Of a stretch of DNA of 64,000 nt, positions 1 through 13,927 are shown one piece after another. Source of the DNA: Octopus sinensis (taxonomy: Eukaryota); NCBI RefSeq assembly GCF_006345805.1, contig NC_043004.1, positions 69,626,001 through 69,690,000 on the forward strand, given 5' to 3'. A model generated the notes under the pieces. The model made no database searches. It worked only from the letters and a program-made list of their open reading frames with translations, and was not told the origin of the DNA. The first letter of the stretch is position 1. Each line of letters begins with the position of its first letter. The position numbers were made by a program, and so were the translations under genes.

Positions 1-999
1 ACAGACATATATCCACACATATTCTTTCGTACATACAGTAAATACACTAATGATTTATCAATACACACATACACAACCTAAGAATTATAGTAATCTATGG
101 ATACAATCCCAAAACAAAATAGATAATATTGATAATTCGTAAACATGCATATACACACTGCAAACATGGTAATACTTTATCAATATAATCTTAAAAATAC
201 ATACATGCACCCAATAACCATTGTAATGTTTAATCAATAAAACACACACATTTACTTTCATGTAATGTGTACAATTTACGTTATAAAATTTGTTCAGCAA
301 GTTTGTGTTTTTACAGTCTGATAGAACCTATGAAAATGGTAACTCTTAAAATGTGTCTGTGCCTTCGTTTATTAAAGAAAGAGACACCAGCAGTGAAGTG
401 ACAGCAGTTGTTGTTCTATCGTTATTTCTATTATGTAATCAAAATTACCATATCTCACTGGATCAGGAAGATTTTCTGCCCTTGTGTCAAATGTTGCTCA
501 AATATTACTGGTATCAAATACTCAATGCATGTGTTTAGTTTATGCGCTTATTAGCTTTGGAATTTCATCCAGGTAAAAAAAGAACCCTTTTTGATGTTGA
601 GTGTTTAAAAAAACATTGAATACCTCAAAGTAGGCAAAACAAATTGGCCTCTATGTGAATGAGAACGGTGGATATCATTATTTTTTATTATTTCGGCTCA
701 TTGGTACCGTATACCTGAATCATCTCAAAGCAAATTCAAAGTGCTGGTCTGAGCTGTATATGCAAATAGTGTAAAAATCTATCCACTGATGTCCAACTTC
801 GTTAACTTTGTTAATTTTTCCCAGTTTCATCTTTTTTTGGGGGGGGGGGGAGTCGATATTAGAATCATATTTTTCTTAGTTCAAAATAAATGATTCATAC
901 ACACACACATGCAATGGCCTTCTTAAAGTTTCCAGCTACCAAATCCACTCCCAAGGCTTTTCATGAATTTTCTTCTTATTTTAGGTGTTTGCTTTATAC

Positions 1000-1636
1000 C
1001 TGTGGTTCTCAACCATTTTTTGCATTTGGACCCCCTTTGGTTCCTATTTTACTCGGATGGACCCTCATAGCCATTCAATGTTTAAAAACCCATTATATTT
1101 TTGCAATTATATATTATGAGCAAACCCCCCCCCCGTCCAATGGATGGTGCTGAGTTGTCAAACATTTATACCAAATTTTCTCAAAACAACTCGTCCAACC
1201 GTCCCATAGGCCTCCCCTTTGAGAAACACTGATTTAACCTAAATTTGAGACATCAGCAAAAGAAGAAATAAAGATAGACATTTTCTCTATTCCAAGAAAA
1301 ACGATTTTACAAATGCACGTTCCCACGGCTTTATCGATCGCATTCTCACCTGGAATCGATTTTTGTAATTTTTTCAATACTTATACACGCCCTGGTACCG
1401 TCAATATTTACATATCAAATTTGAGCGCAATCAGATGGAGGATGCCCGAGATCCTAGAAGACACACACACAGACAGAACGGATTTTATATAATAGATTAG
1501 GAATTATATTTAAAAAATAGCTAACTCTATTTTGCATATTTTAGAAGCATAACCAGTTTATTGGACATAAATTTTTAACAACAAAATCTTATGTGGACCC
1601 CCTAAGGGCCATATGGACCCCAGTTGAGAACCCTTG
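1000..1636. mobile_element. hAT-type non-autonomous DNA element with internal inserts
   Basis: TIRs ctgtggttctcaac / gttgagaacccttg; 8-bp TSD ctttatac (992-999) / cttcatac (1637-1644); ggacccc subterminal repeats. An insert at about 1300-1497 (-) has a Helitron/HINE-like end. Confidence 0.7.
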
Positions 1637-1845
1637 CTTCATACACTTCCCTCAATTCTTTCTACTTTTGGAATATTTTCTTCTGCTGCATTTTTACTTG
1701 CAGTTATGATGCTATTGTAAACAGAGTTGGTAATTTTGGTATCTATAATCTGTAATGTTTCAAAGCCATTTTTCACATCAAATATATATGAATTTTTCAA
1801 ATGCATTGTAATAAGTCTCCACTAGTCATAACATACTCTTGTATA

Positions 1846-2031
1846 TATATATACCAATTAAGGACTGAACACGAAAAAGTGGACAGTCAACATGCTAGAT
1901 ATAGACGTCAAATCGCCATTCTCCACAAAGATTTTGTTCTCAAAATCTTTGTGGAGAATGGCGATTTGACGTCTATATCTAGCATGTTGACTGTCCACTT
2001 TTTCGTGTTCAGTCCTTAATTGGTATATATA
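1846..2031. repeat. Perfect palindrome with 91-bp arms and a 4-nt loop
   Basis: 1846-1936 is the exact reverse complement of 1941-2031 (loop ttct); flanked by (TA)n. Confidence 0.95.
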
Positions 2032-2113
2032 AATATTTTAATCTTCGGATTCTTTTTCATGTGCTAGACCACTGGTTTTAATTGACTAATATCAATTTTT
2101 ACCCTTAATTTTT

Positions 2114-2164
<51 letters not shown>

Positions 2165-2918
2165 TGAAGTTTTTATATATTCTCAAACTCAGCCTGAAAT
2201 TTCCTGTCATATTTGGCTGTAAAAAATGCCTTGTCCGTTTTGCAGATCATTGGACTATTTCTCCTCCACCCACTCCCCCACTTTTTTCTTTGTTGATTAA
2301 AATGTGATTCGGTTGTACCTAGTGTTATTCATGGTTATAAATCTATAAACCCCCACTGCTTACCTTTTTTTTATCTTTGTGTATCATCCAATCAAATTGA
2401 TCATTTCACATTCTGTTTAGAAGTCTTAAAGATATTTGCCAATTCAATTGGTAAATTGATGAAAGATTGATCCATTAGCATCCTTTTACCCAATTTTTGC
2501 ATCCTTTCACTTGTAGTAATTTCCACATTGTGTTTAGGAATTACTTTAGTCAGACCAGTGAGATTGTGATCAAAATGAATTATGCCTTCATTTGTTACAT
2601 TTATGGGTTAGTGGCATGAGAGTTTGGTTGTGCTAGGATTACTTCTAAATAAAGTAAGCATTATACTAAGAGTGATAATATGTATTGTGTATGTGTATTT
2701 CTATCAATTATATAAATGTGAGTGCATGTGTGTAGATATATCACGGAATGGCTCCAAAATGTTGTGTCCTTGAGGAAAATGGATTTGATTTTCAAAATCT
2801 GTTCCAATGACAAGGTTTTCAATTACAATTCATGAAAAAATATAATTTGCTATCAGAAATAACTCAACTTTTAGATTGACAAATTATCTGTCTCCATCAG
2901 GTTCTTTATGCCTTCCCC

Positions 2919-2949
<31 letters not shown>

Positions 2950-3015
2950 TATATATATATTTCCCACACTCTCTGTATATATATATATATCTCACACCGC
3001 TTCCCCTCCCCCCCT

Positions 3016-3098
<83 letters not shown>

Positions 3099-3539
3099 CT
3101 TGTAATTGCCTTCATTTTGTTTTAAACTTCTTAGTTGTAATTTTCACTTTCATTTTGTGCAGAAAATTCTAGCTTCCAAATCCTGTCTTCTGATTGGGTA
3201 AAAATTTTCAAACTTTAAACTTCTGTAAAATTTTTCAAAAATATTTCTGGAATAAATGAAAAAACAAAATTGGCATCAGCAACAAGCTAAGAAAAATTCT
3301 TACATCTATGCACCAAATGGAGAAGACATGGTCTGACATGGAATATAAAACATTGAAATAAAGGCATTGCCATGAAAATTGCTTGGAAGCAGGTGAGGGT
3401 TAGCCACAGGAAGAGCATCTAACCACGAAAAGTTTGCCTCAATGAATTCCATCCAACTTGTGCTGCATGGGAAAGTAAATGTTAAAGCAGCAAATGATGT
3501 GTTTCATAAAATATCTGTATGAAACAAGTATAAAAATTT

Positions 3540-3890
3540 ATTTGATTTACAGTTTTCTTAGTTTTAAAGTTATTAGATTTAGATTCACAGTTCTTTGGTT
3601 TAAAGATATTAGATTTACAGTTTTCTTGGTTTAAAAAAAAATTATTAGCATTACAGTTTATCAAAAAAGTAATAGATTCACACTTTTTGTTGTGAAAAAT
3701 ATATTAGATTTACAGTTTTCTTACTAAAAAAAAATCTTAAATTCATAAATCTTCTTAGTCCAAAGAAATATTAGACTCCTATATGCACAGTTTTTTCTGT
3801 CCAAGATTAATAAATTCACAGTTTTCTTAGTAAAAAAGTAAATAGATTCACAGTTTTTTCTGTCTAAAAATTAGATTTGCAGTTTTCTTA
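3540..3890. repeat. Degenerate ~33-bp minisatellite
   Basis: Recurring agatt(t/c)acagttttctt unit. Confidence 0.7.
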
Positions 3891-4893
3891 TCCCCACACC
3901 CCCAAAAATATGATTCCCAATTTACTGATATATATGAGTGTATTCACAGTATATTTATGCGTCACTGTGTATGGTTACTTAATATATTTGAGTAAACATA
4001 TTCACAAGCTATGTACACGACTCTGTATATTAAATAGTGGTGTACTTTATTAAACATGCATATGTAAACTTTTTCACAGTTTACATATATATCATTGTTT
4101 GTTCATTAAACATACACAACATGTAAACGACTTGACCTTACTAAAACACATCAGATTCATGATTTACTTGGGTGTGGGAACATATTCACAAGTTATCTGT
4201 GCCCCGCTGCATATGTTTATCAAATATGCTTATGTTAACATATTCACAAGATATCAGCGCAACACTTTGTATATTAAATATAAGCATATTTATTAAACAT
4301 TCATATGTAAACTTTTTCACAGTTTAGCTGTACATAATTGTGTTTGTTCATCATTAATATGCACATGTAAACTTGATAAGTTATCCACACACTTCTCTCT
4401 CTCTCTGATTTAGTTCACTTCTCTTTTGTTTTCTCTTTTAAATTTACATGCTCTGCCAGGGAATGTACTTATAAGCAAAGAGTAAAAATCCTTGCTTGCT
4501 ACTCATTGTAATCTGCTTGTTTTCTCTCTAGGGTGAACACAAACAAATGCTCTGTCAGTGATATGGCAATCACCAATCAAAAATAATCAGGCTGCCCCCA
4601 GGTTTAATCCTGCCGGAAAAAAGCCTGTGGTTCATCTACAATGTCTATTGAAAAAGTACACACACACATCAATATATATGTGTGTTTGTTTGTGTACATA
4701 CATGACGAGCTTCCACACAGTTTCCATCTACCAAATTCACTCACAAGACAATGGTCAACCTGGGGCTATAGTAAGACATTTGGCCAAGGAGCCACATGGT
4801 GGGACTGAACCCAAAATCACATGCTTACAAAGCAAGCTTTTTCATCATATAACCATGTCTGCCGCCTTCTGTCTCTTTTTTTTTTTTTTACTC

Positions 4894-5322
4894 ATAGGTG
4901 TAGGAGTGGCTGTGTGGTAAGTAGCTTGCTTATGAACCACATGGTTCCTGGTTCAGACCCACTGTGTGGCACCTTGGGCAAGTTTCTTCTACTATAGCCT
5001 TGGGCCGACCAAAGCCTTGTGAGTGGATTTGGTTGACAGAAACTGAAAGAAGCCTCTTGTATATATTTATATATATATATATATATATACATATGTTTGT
5101 GTGTGTATGCATATGTTTGTGTGTCTGTGTTTGTCCCCCCAACATCACTTGACAACCGATGGTGGTGTGTTTATATCCCCGTCACTTAGTGGTTCAGCAA
5201 GATAGACCAATAGAATAAGTACTAGGCTTACAAGGAATAAGTCTTGGGGTCGATTTGCTCGACTGAAGGCGGTGCTCCAGCATGGCCACAGTCAAATGAC
5301 TGAAACAAATAAAAGAAAAGAA
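4894..5322 (+). mobile_element. tRNA-derived SINE, family A (full length)
   Basis: A box tggctgtgtgg, B box ggttcag(a/t)ccc, CORE-like ccttgggcaagt, internal (TA/TG)n, and 3' tail ccagcatggcc.cagtcaaatgactgaaac followed by A-rich repeats. More than 20 copies in the window. Confidence 0.9.
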
Positions 5323-5457
5323 AACAGAATAATGACCAAAGACATCACATGGCAGAAGACAGAGCAGAGGGTGTCCTGCTGCAGCTAATCAGTCTGATGT
5401 TTGCTTGGAAAGCTCTGTCGCAGGTCAAGCACTGGTGGACTGTCGGTACTGAAGACG

Positions 5458-5694
5458 GGTGGCAAGCTGGCAGAAGCGTTAGCACGCCGGGCGAAATGCT
5501 TTGTGGTATTTCGTCTGCCGTTACATTGTGAGTTCAAATTCCGCCGAGGTTGACTTTGCCTTTCATCCTTTCGGGGTCGATAAATTAAGCACCAGTTACG
5601 CACTGGGGTCGATGTAATCGACTTAATACCTATGTCTGTCCTTGTTTGTCCCCTCTATGTTTAGCCCTTTGTGGGTAATAAAGAAAAAGAAATA
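5458..5694 (+). mobile_element. tRNA-derived SINE, family B
   Basis: Head ggc.agctggcagaa.cgttagc, B box gagttcaaattcc, central gcctttcatcctttcggggtcgataaa; 13-bp TSD ggtactgaagacg (5445-5457 / 5695-5707). Confidence 0.9.
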
Positions 5695-5744
5695 GGTACT
5701 GAAGACGAGTCCACTCTGGACTTGCATAATTTATTATTTTTTTT

Positions 5745-6185
5745 TTTGGTACTCCTGCAATCCTGTTCTATTTGTAAGTGCTGGCACCTCCATTGGTGCA
5801 TCTTCGCTAGGCAGGGCAGTCTTATACTTGGGTTTCTCAAAGTTCTTCAGTGAGGCTCTGGGTGTGTCCTTGAAGTGCTCTTTCTGTCCACCTTGTGTGC
5901 GCATGCCTTCTGCCAGTTCACTGTGAAACAGGTTCTCAGGGAGTCACATGTCGGGCATTCAAACAAGCTGGCCTACCCTCATGACTTGTGCTCTCCTCAA
6001 CAGTGTGTAATTGCTTGGCAGATCTGCTCCAAAGAGGACCTTCATATCTGGGACCTTACCTTGTCAGGTAATTTTCAACAGCTTTCTCAGGCAGTTCATG
6101 TTGAAGCAGTTTAGCTTTTTGTAAACCATACAAGTGTCACAAGTGTACAGCAGCATACGCAGTATGACTGTTTGGTACACTGACT
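5745..6185 (-). mobile_element. RTE-clade LINE fragment (RT C-terminal region, pseudogenised)
   Basis: Minus strand reads VYQTVILRMLLYTCDT...LNCFNMNCLRKLLKIT, then after a stop GKVPD...LPENLFHSEL..G.RTQGGQK..FKD, typical of RTE/BovB, with further stops. Confidence 0.8.
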
Positions 6186-6189
6186 CATA

Positions 6190-6388
6190 AGGACTAGTTT
6201 CCCGGTTTCCATGGTGTATATATCCCCAGTCTGTCGTAGGATTATTCATTTTGCCAGCTGTGTGGACAGGAGCAATGTGAAATGAAGTGTTTTGCTCGAG
6301 AACACAACATGTCGCCCAGTCCAGGAATCGAAACCACAATCTTACAACCATGAGTCCAACACCCTAACCACTAAGCCATACACCTCCC
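6190..6388 (-). mobile_element. tRNA-derived SINE, family C variant
   Basis: Reverse complement has tggcttagtggtta (A box), gtttcgattcctg (B box) and gtgttctcgagcaaaacactt. Related copy at 25210-25445 (+). Confidence 0.75.
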
Positions 6389-6538
6389 ACTGACTGCTTG
6401 GTTCACCTTCAGCAGTAACAACAACAACATTGCCACCGACCAAAGTAGTCATTTGCCTTGATGGTAGCGCAGATTCAATGCCCATCTCTGCCTGTCTCTG
6501 ACTTAAGTTGTCCATACACACATGCGCGCGCGCACACA

Positions 6539-6632
<94 letters not shown>

Positions 6633-6778
6633 TGGTGATGATGGTGGTGAGAACTACTTCTTTAATTATCCCAAAGACCCAATAAACTAAAAGTTGTGTC
6701 AACTGGAATTGAGTTTTTTATATGATGAATCATAAAACACTGAAGTGGAGATTTAACTAACAAGCTGTTCATATCTAC

Positions 6779-6824
<46 letters not shown>

Positions 6825-8680
6825 TCTCTTTAGCCCTCTCTCTTACTAGCTAGCTATCTATCTATCTATCTACCTTCCTTCCTTCCTTCCTCTCTTTTTT
6901 CTCTATGAATTTCACTGATTCTCATTATTATTATTATTATTGTCTTTCTCTCTTTGCATCTCTCTTGCTCTCTTTCTTTCTCTCAAGGTCTCTTTCTATC
7001 TTTGTAACTCCCTCTCTCTTTGCTTTTCTCTCTTTCTCTCTCACTGATTTTCTCTCTTTTCTACCCCCCTCTCTCTCTTTCTCTCTCCCTTCTTGCTTTA
7101 TTCCTTCCTTTTCTCTCTTTTTTTCTTTCCCTCTTCTCTCCCACCCACCCTCCCTTTTCTTCCCTTCTGTCAATACAGCTTATCATTTCAGTTCCTAAAT
7201 CTACTGTTAAATCATTAGTTTGATAATTATTAATTATTTAATTAATTCATTCTCTCAGTATATATCAGTTTTAAACCAGCTCCAAAACTGCCACCACCAC
7301 CATTACCACCACCACCACCACCACTGCTGCTGCCATATTCATAATGCCACTAATTGTAGGTTTCCCATTGCCGTAAGATTTAAAATAAAATATTATATCT
7401 TCTCTGTTAAAAAATATTGTTTGTTGCTTTGATTCTTTGGTTTTGTTTCTCTGTTTTCTTTGCTTTTTTTTATTTTTATTTTTCACTTCCTCCATTTTAA
7501 TTTTAGGTCAAATTCCTTTCCGTCTTGACACCATAACGTTATTAAATTAATAATTAGCAGCAGTGACAATAATTCTCTCTTTTGTTCCCTCATAATGCCA
7601 CTAAAATTAGGAAAGACATTATCGTTTCAGAATGTTGTTGTTCTTGTTACTGGTTGTTGTTGGTGTTGGCAGTGATGGCAGTGTTTTCACATTATTTAAG
7701 CAAGATGAAACTGCGGAGGCAAATTTTAACAATTGGTCTGATGATGGCTCAAGCATTTCCCATCAGTTAAAAGGCTTTCTTTCTCTGCCCCCCCCCCATC
7801 TCTTTTCTTTAGCCTCAGATCAACTAATGGTCTGTTGAATAAAATTTGGTAGATGGAAACCGCATTGAAACCTTGTCATCATTTTACATCCACTTTCCAT
7901 ACTGGCATGGGTTGGACGATTTGATAAGATCCAACAGGTGGAAGGACCACATCCTGCTCCAGCATTTCAGTCTTCAGTACGGTTTCTACAGTGGGATGTC
8001 CTTCCCAACACCAACTACTTTAACCCTTTAGCATTTAAACCACCCGTATCGGGCCCAAATATTTTACCCGGGGAGGGGTCAGGGTGTCAAAGGACATCCT
8101 GACCCACCTCTCAACTGTACTCTCCCGTTAATAACTTGTAGAATTCCCTAGTCCTTTAATAGCTCATTCTCTCATCTACGTTCTTTGAGCTCAGATGGTA
8201 AATAATTATGTGCTCTTAACATTTTGGCCTTTTAGACTATTTGTCTAAACCAGGTTTTCTTACCCCTTCCTTCTCCCTTTTGTTTATATTGTATGCTCTT
8301 GTTTTTCACTTTGATGAAGATCAGTTGCCTTAAGTCGAATGCCCTATGAAAATGAAGAATTTTATTCTCGCATTTACATATATACTGCATTCTGGGAATT
8401 TTGATCTGAAACAGCTGTTAGCTTTCTTATGTCTTGCTTTAAATGTAGTCCTATCGATGATGTACTGGTTAATCTTTTTTCCTCCATTTTCTAATTATTT
8501 GCATTGGTTCCTGATAAAATTTTTATCTTATTGTCACCTGCACTTGATGCATATGGTGTTTCTGCACACCATTGCCTGGGGATAACACAGGTAACAGATG
8601 CTGATAGTATATACGGATATTTTATCCCTTCGTCAGTTACTACAACTGCTAACTATATATATTATAATATATATATATAT

Positions 8681-8917
8681 ATTGTTGTGTCTGGGGAGAG
8701 TCATTCTCTTTTAGTGCCTTGTTATTTAACACACCGACAGGTAATGTTTCCACTCATTTACTTATTTATTCTTCCTAAAATTTTTATTGTTTCTTGCAAC
8801 CTTTTCAATAGTCGTTGACTCTGTTTTCCGAGCATCATTCTTTTTGTTTGTTTGTGCACATGTTTGTGGGTCAGTGTGTGTGTGTGTGTATGTTTGGATG
8901 TATGTATTCTGCATATT

Positions 8918-8948
<31 letters not shown>

Positions 8949-9260
8949 CTGTGTACCTCTGTCTCCTTGTGTGTGCACGTCTGAGTGTGTCTGTGTATAA
9001 GTATTTTTGTGACGATGTACTGTGTCTGTATGTATGTATGGATGTGTGTCTCCATGTGTACACAAATACTAACCCACATACACATGCACACAAGCAAGCA
9101 AAAAGAACGCAGCTTGGATACTGGACAGGGTCAGGGACTATTGAAAACGTTGCAAGACGCAGGGAAAATTTTAGGAAAAGTAAATGAGTGGAAACTTTAC
9201 CAGTGAGTGCGTTAAATAAAAAGGCACTAAAAGAGAATGACTCTCCCCAGACACAACAAT
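8681..9260. mobile_element. (TA)n-flanked foldback element with ~180-bp inverted arms, each carrying a U3-A8 hammerhead-like motif
   Basis: Ends attgttgtgtctggggagag / ctctccccagacacaacaat. Right arm 9137-9175: acta TTGAAAA cgttgc aagac gcagg GAAA at TT tagg. Mirror copy at 8774-8812 (-). Confidence 0.8.
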
Positions 9261-9279
9261 ATATATATATATGATATAG

Positions 9280-9505
9280 CTTCTTCCTGGCTTGGCTTTG
9301 TAAGCAAAGATTTACAGAGGAAGGATGCCCGTGACTGTTGCAGGCTTGCTGATGCTCAACAAATCAGCTCCAAGATAAACGTATGACCATAGAGGCTGCA
9401 AGTAAAGGTGGGCTGGTCAAGTTCGGTTGTAGCATCCTTGTTTTTCACCGCTTTTTTCTTGTCCTGCAGATGTCTTCAAAGGAGGCTGTTGCCCGGACGC
9501 CGGAC
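9280..9505 (-). mobile_element. Probable RTE LINE 3' end fragment
   Basis: Minus strand reads ATASFED..R.RKKR...and later EHQQAC, resembling the C-terminus of RTE/BovB ORF2; frameshifted. Confidence 0.5.
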
Positions 9506-10331
9506 ACACATATTTATATGCATGTATGTATACATCTAAATTTGCATGTGATGGAAACTATAACGTATTCCAGAGATCTGATTAAAGTCACTGAAGTGGT
9601 TTAATAAAACTGAAACATGTGTGAAGTTGTCCACCATATGACCAAACATTCAATCACTACTTTTTATTTTAATTATTTTTATTTAATTCAAATTTCAAGA
9701 TTGTCTCTCTTGCTTCTCTAAACCAGAATTAATCATTATGCTAACAATTTTCTTTTCTTTCTTTTTTTTTTGTCTTCTCTTTTTACTACAAGTGTGATTT
9801 TAAACATGTTCATATTGACTTAAACTGGAGGAATATTTGAATTTGTAGACCCATCAAATCCTATGCTTGCATGAAACAATGGATATTAAAAATTATTGGA
9901 ATGAAACAGGAAGAAGGAGACCCATGCCCCACCCCGCTCTCTGATTCCCACTAACAGTTTCTTGAGGAAGATCAAAGATGTTGGACTGTCTTCACCTCTC
10001 AAGATATTCTCTCCCCCTCCCCTACATACACACAACTTTTTTTTTTAAAGATGTCTTATATTTCTTCTTTGATTACAAACTCATTCTGCTTTATTGACTC
10101 TTTCATCTTTTCCACTCTCCTTCACATTATTAACAATTTCATCAGTGATACAAGCCTCTAAACATGGCTGCACACCTGGCTAGAAATAACAGACAAATCT
10201 CACTCAAATCACACCTGGCCGTTTTATATAATCGCTGAACAGGACGGTTTGGAGGAGCAATATAAACTTACAAAACCCTAAAATGACAGGATGGTCATGA
10301 CTGGAATACTTTCAATCACAGTTCTGTTTGA

Positions 10332-10560
10332 TTAACCTTTTCGTCACCAACCCAGCGAAAACCGGCTCTGGCTCTGAGTATAAATGTCTTGATTTCATAA
10401 GGTTTGAATTAAGATCTTCCACCAGACCTTAGTCACAATTTATGTTCCTAACACTAGCCGAATGATAACTAAGTTCTTTTACTTATTTCTTTGATATATT
10501 TAAAGTAATTGAAAGAAACACAGAGCATCTCAAAATAAATACAGTAACAAAACAGTTGAA
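10332..10560. mobile_element. TTAA-ended (piggyBac-type) MITE
   Basis: ttaaccttttcgtcacc ... agtaacaaaacagttgaa degenerate TIRs. Confidence 0.5.
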
Positions 10561-10742
10561 GCCTAGCCTGGGTTTAAGTAACAACAACAACAGCTGACTT
10601 CAAATTCTGACTATTTGCTGTTATGTTACCTGTCAACATGGCATTGCTCATGGCTTCAGTTATGTCACTCATATAAATACCAATCAATACTTCAGACATG
10701 CTCTGAGTAGGGTCTCTCTCACTCTGTATGTATGTATATATA

Positions 10743-10775
<33 letters not shown>

Positions 10776-11008
10776 ATATATATATATAGTTAATCCAAAC
10801 ATGAAAACACAATAATGCGAGGACATGGAACAAGTATAGTGTTATTGGACTCTCAAGAAAGGAAAGAAAGAAGGAGGATTTAATGTTTATATATATATAT
10901 ATTATATATATATATATGCATATATACATGTATTATATGCATATATATATATATATATATATATGCATATATACATGTATTTATACACATATATATATAT
11001 ATATTTAC

Positions 11009-11039
<31 letters not shown>

Positions 11040-11127
11040 TATATATACACATACATGTATTTATATGCATATATATATATACATGTATTTATATGCACAT
11101 ATATTTATATATATATATATACATATA

Positions 11128-11560
11128 CAGTAATCCCTCTGTCTATTACTATCGTGAGTGTTAGGTTCCAACCCCCCCCCCCCGCAATAGGTGAATTCCG
11201 TGAAGTAGAAACAGTACTGTACTGTATATTCTTTTTTTATTATATTTATAATTTGTATATATTTATTTTATTATAAACGCAAAGCAACCCCACACACTTG
11301 CCTCCCGAGTTTCATTTTCTCATCTACTTGTTTTCTTGTAATATATTTTAATTAATGTGTTATACGGAGCAGTACTGTATTTTTATTTATTAATTTATAG
11401 GCGTGAATGCTTATTTCATCACAGAAATAATTAAAATCTAAAGAAATATAAATACCTATCAGGTACAGAAACCCACGATATAAATTTACAGATATTAGCC
11501 AGAAAAATCCACCATGTACTGAGGGCACGATAGGTGAACCGCGATATGGCTAGTGATGAC

Positions 11561-11562
<2 letters not shown>
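11128..11562. mobile_element. Tigger/pogo-like MITE
   Basis: ta|cagtaatccctc ... gtgatgactg termini; repeated subterminal motif cg(c/a)ataggtgaa. Confidence 0.6.
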
Positions 11563-11605
<43 letters not shown>

Positions 11606-11619
11606 TCTTTTACTCTTTT

Positions 11620-11806
11620 CCAAACCGATGCTGTGGAAAGGTTTGGTTATGGTAGTCTCTTACTGTCAATGCACAATGTGGAGGTGGCTCCATCTTGCTG
11701 AATAATGGTTTCATATTTTTTTTTACAATTAAGATCTAAACAGTTAATATATGAATGCAAAAGAGATAATTGAATAACTATAAAGCTACTTTTGGGCCAC
11801 CCTGTA
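11620..11806 (-). mobile_element. Tc1/mariner internal-deletion remnant
   Basis: End caccctgta; minus strand reads IIQQDGA then (frameshift) PHCALTVRDY..TFP, the second catalytic Asp region. Confidence 0.6.
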
Positions 11807-12972
11807 TGTAAGATGGGCTTCTTTCAGTTTCTGACTACCAATTCCATTCACAAGCCCGAGGCTATAATAGAAGACACATGTCCAAGGTGCTGTGTAGTGG
11901 GAATGAATGCAGAACCACATGCTTCAGAAGCAAACTTCTTACCACACAGGCAAGAGAATTAATATTAATATTTAGCAGAATCTTCCCTGCTCTTTAAAAT
12001 CCTCTCCTAGATACTATATTTTTGTACTCAAAGCAGATAAATAACATTGTTTTCAATGAAGTCATTGTTTCAACATGCCTTAGGATGGTTACAGATTTTT
12101 CTGTCAACTAAATCTTATTGTTTCTCTGTTATTAACCATCTAACCATCGCATGGGATTGGTCATAATTATTTCCTTTCCTCTGTTTTCAGACCCCCCTCC
12201 CCCTCTTTTTCTCACTCATTCACGTATTCCTGTTTGCAATTCTGGATTTTGTAGATAGCAGACAGGCTTGATAAACATTTATTTCTGTTTAAATCATTGA
12301 TGTGAATTGTTTTGATATCAGTGGGGGAGGGTGGGGGGGGTTGTTTGTTTGCTTTTTCTTTTTTTTGCTTTTTTTCTGCCTTGACTTTACTTTTCATGTC
12401 TTTCCCCACATACCCCTCAAGTAACAATAAAATAAGAACCAGTAATACATTGGGGGTTAACTCATTCACTATTTCCACTTCCTTGAAGTTATTGTTCTTA
12501 TGGCCATGCTGGGGCATCACCTTGAAGAAAGGTTTAGTCAAACAAATCGACTCAAGTACTTATTTTTCTCTTCTTTTAAAACTTGGTACTTATTCTGTTC
12601 TATCGGTCTCATTTTCCAAATTGCTAAGGAATGTAAGAATGTAAACACACCAACACTAGTTACCAAGCACTGGTGACAGTCAAACAACGCAATCTCAAAG
12701 GCATATACACATAGATAGATACATACGTACATACATACACACACAGACAGATAGATAGATAGATAGATAGATGCATATATCTATCTATCTATCTATCTAC
12801 CTGCCTACCTCCCTATCTACACTTCCTGTTACCTACTGTTACCTGTTACCAAGCAAGTTAATATTTTCCCCATGGTTTAGCATGCTTTTGCAGATGATTG
12901 GAAATGAATGACATTTATTTACAACAACCTTGCAATGTCAAGCCAAGGAGACACAAACACACACATGCACAC

Positions 12973-13016
<44 letters not shown>

Positions 13017-13020
<4 letters not shown>

Positions 13021-13200
13021 AGAATTCACAAAAAAACAAAAGACGAAGACAGGTGATGTAGACAACAAACAGATGTATTAGTATACACTCGGGAAGTGAA
13101 AAAATCTTTAAAGTTTCGAGCCCATGGGCTTTCACAGAAAGAAACAAGGAGAGAAAATACAGAATGTGTAGTGGCTATCGATCTATCATGGCGAAGTACC
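13017..13200 (-). mobile_element. Penelope-type terminal-repeat fragment with a degenerate hammerhead (13105-13142)
   Basis: Between (TA)n tracts; minus strand tcttt CTGTGAA agccc at gggct c GAAAC TTT aaaga. Same family as 52310-52470 and 10789-10890. Confidence 0.65.
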
Positions 13201-13215
13201 ATATTTATCTCAATC

Positions 13216-13265
<50 letters not shown>

Positions 13266-13927
13266 ATATAGATTCAGATGAATATGGTACTTAAGTTGAG
13301 GCACCAGAATTTAGTACGGCATTATCCACACAATTTCAAAATAAGGTGATTAAAATCAAAATAAGCACCTAGGATATCCAGAAGTATATATCCAGATGTA
13401 TTACTCTCCAGTAATATAAAGCCCCATAAGGGTAGAAGTATACATCTAAAAACAGATGAGTGGTACAACAAGGCACCAACATTTACTGGAAAATAGCAAT
13501 TGATACAAATCCGACGCTATTGTAAAGGTTCATTGCGTATATTCTGGCAAAGACGTGTGTTTGCAACAAACATGAAAAATTTGTTTTACCTCTAGGAAGA
13601 ACATTCGATATTTGTATCAACTGCTATTTTCCAGTAAATGTTGGTGCCTTGTTGTACCACTCATCTGCTTTTAGATGTATACTTCTACACTTATCAGGCT
13701 TTATTTTAATGGAAAGCAATACATTTGTATTGCAATATTATTTTTCATTGAAAACTTTTTCACTGTTCTCGTTCTGTTAACAGCTAGGTGTTCAGACGAG
13801 TATACTGGCATTGATGTGGCAACATTTGAAATATTGTCTAGGTAAATGCAGCAATATTCCAATATCCTTTGAGTAAAATCCAAAAGTCCAACAGAGTTTA
13901 ATATGAGCCCTTCCAAATATAGAGTTT

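Noticed and set aside
4532-4600. Acceptor-like tttctctctag followed by unique sequence
   Set aside because: Stops in all three frames within 40 nt and no GRK similarity.
8575-8640. Minus-strand CTGACGA followed by a gggataa/ttatccc stem
   Set aside because: No GAAA directly after the stem and no stem I closure, so not counted as a hammerhead.
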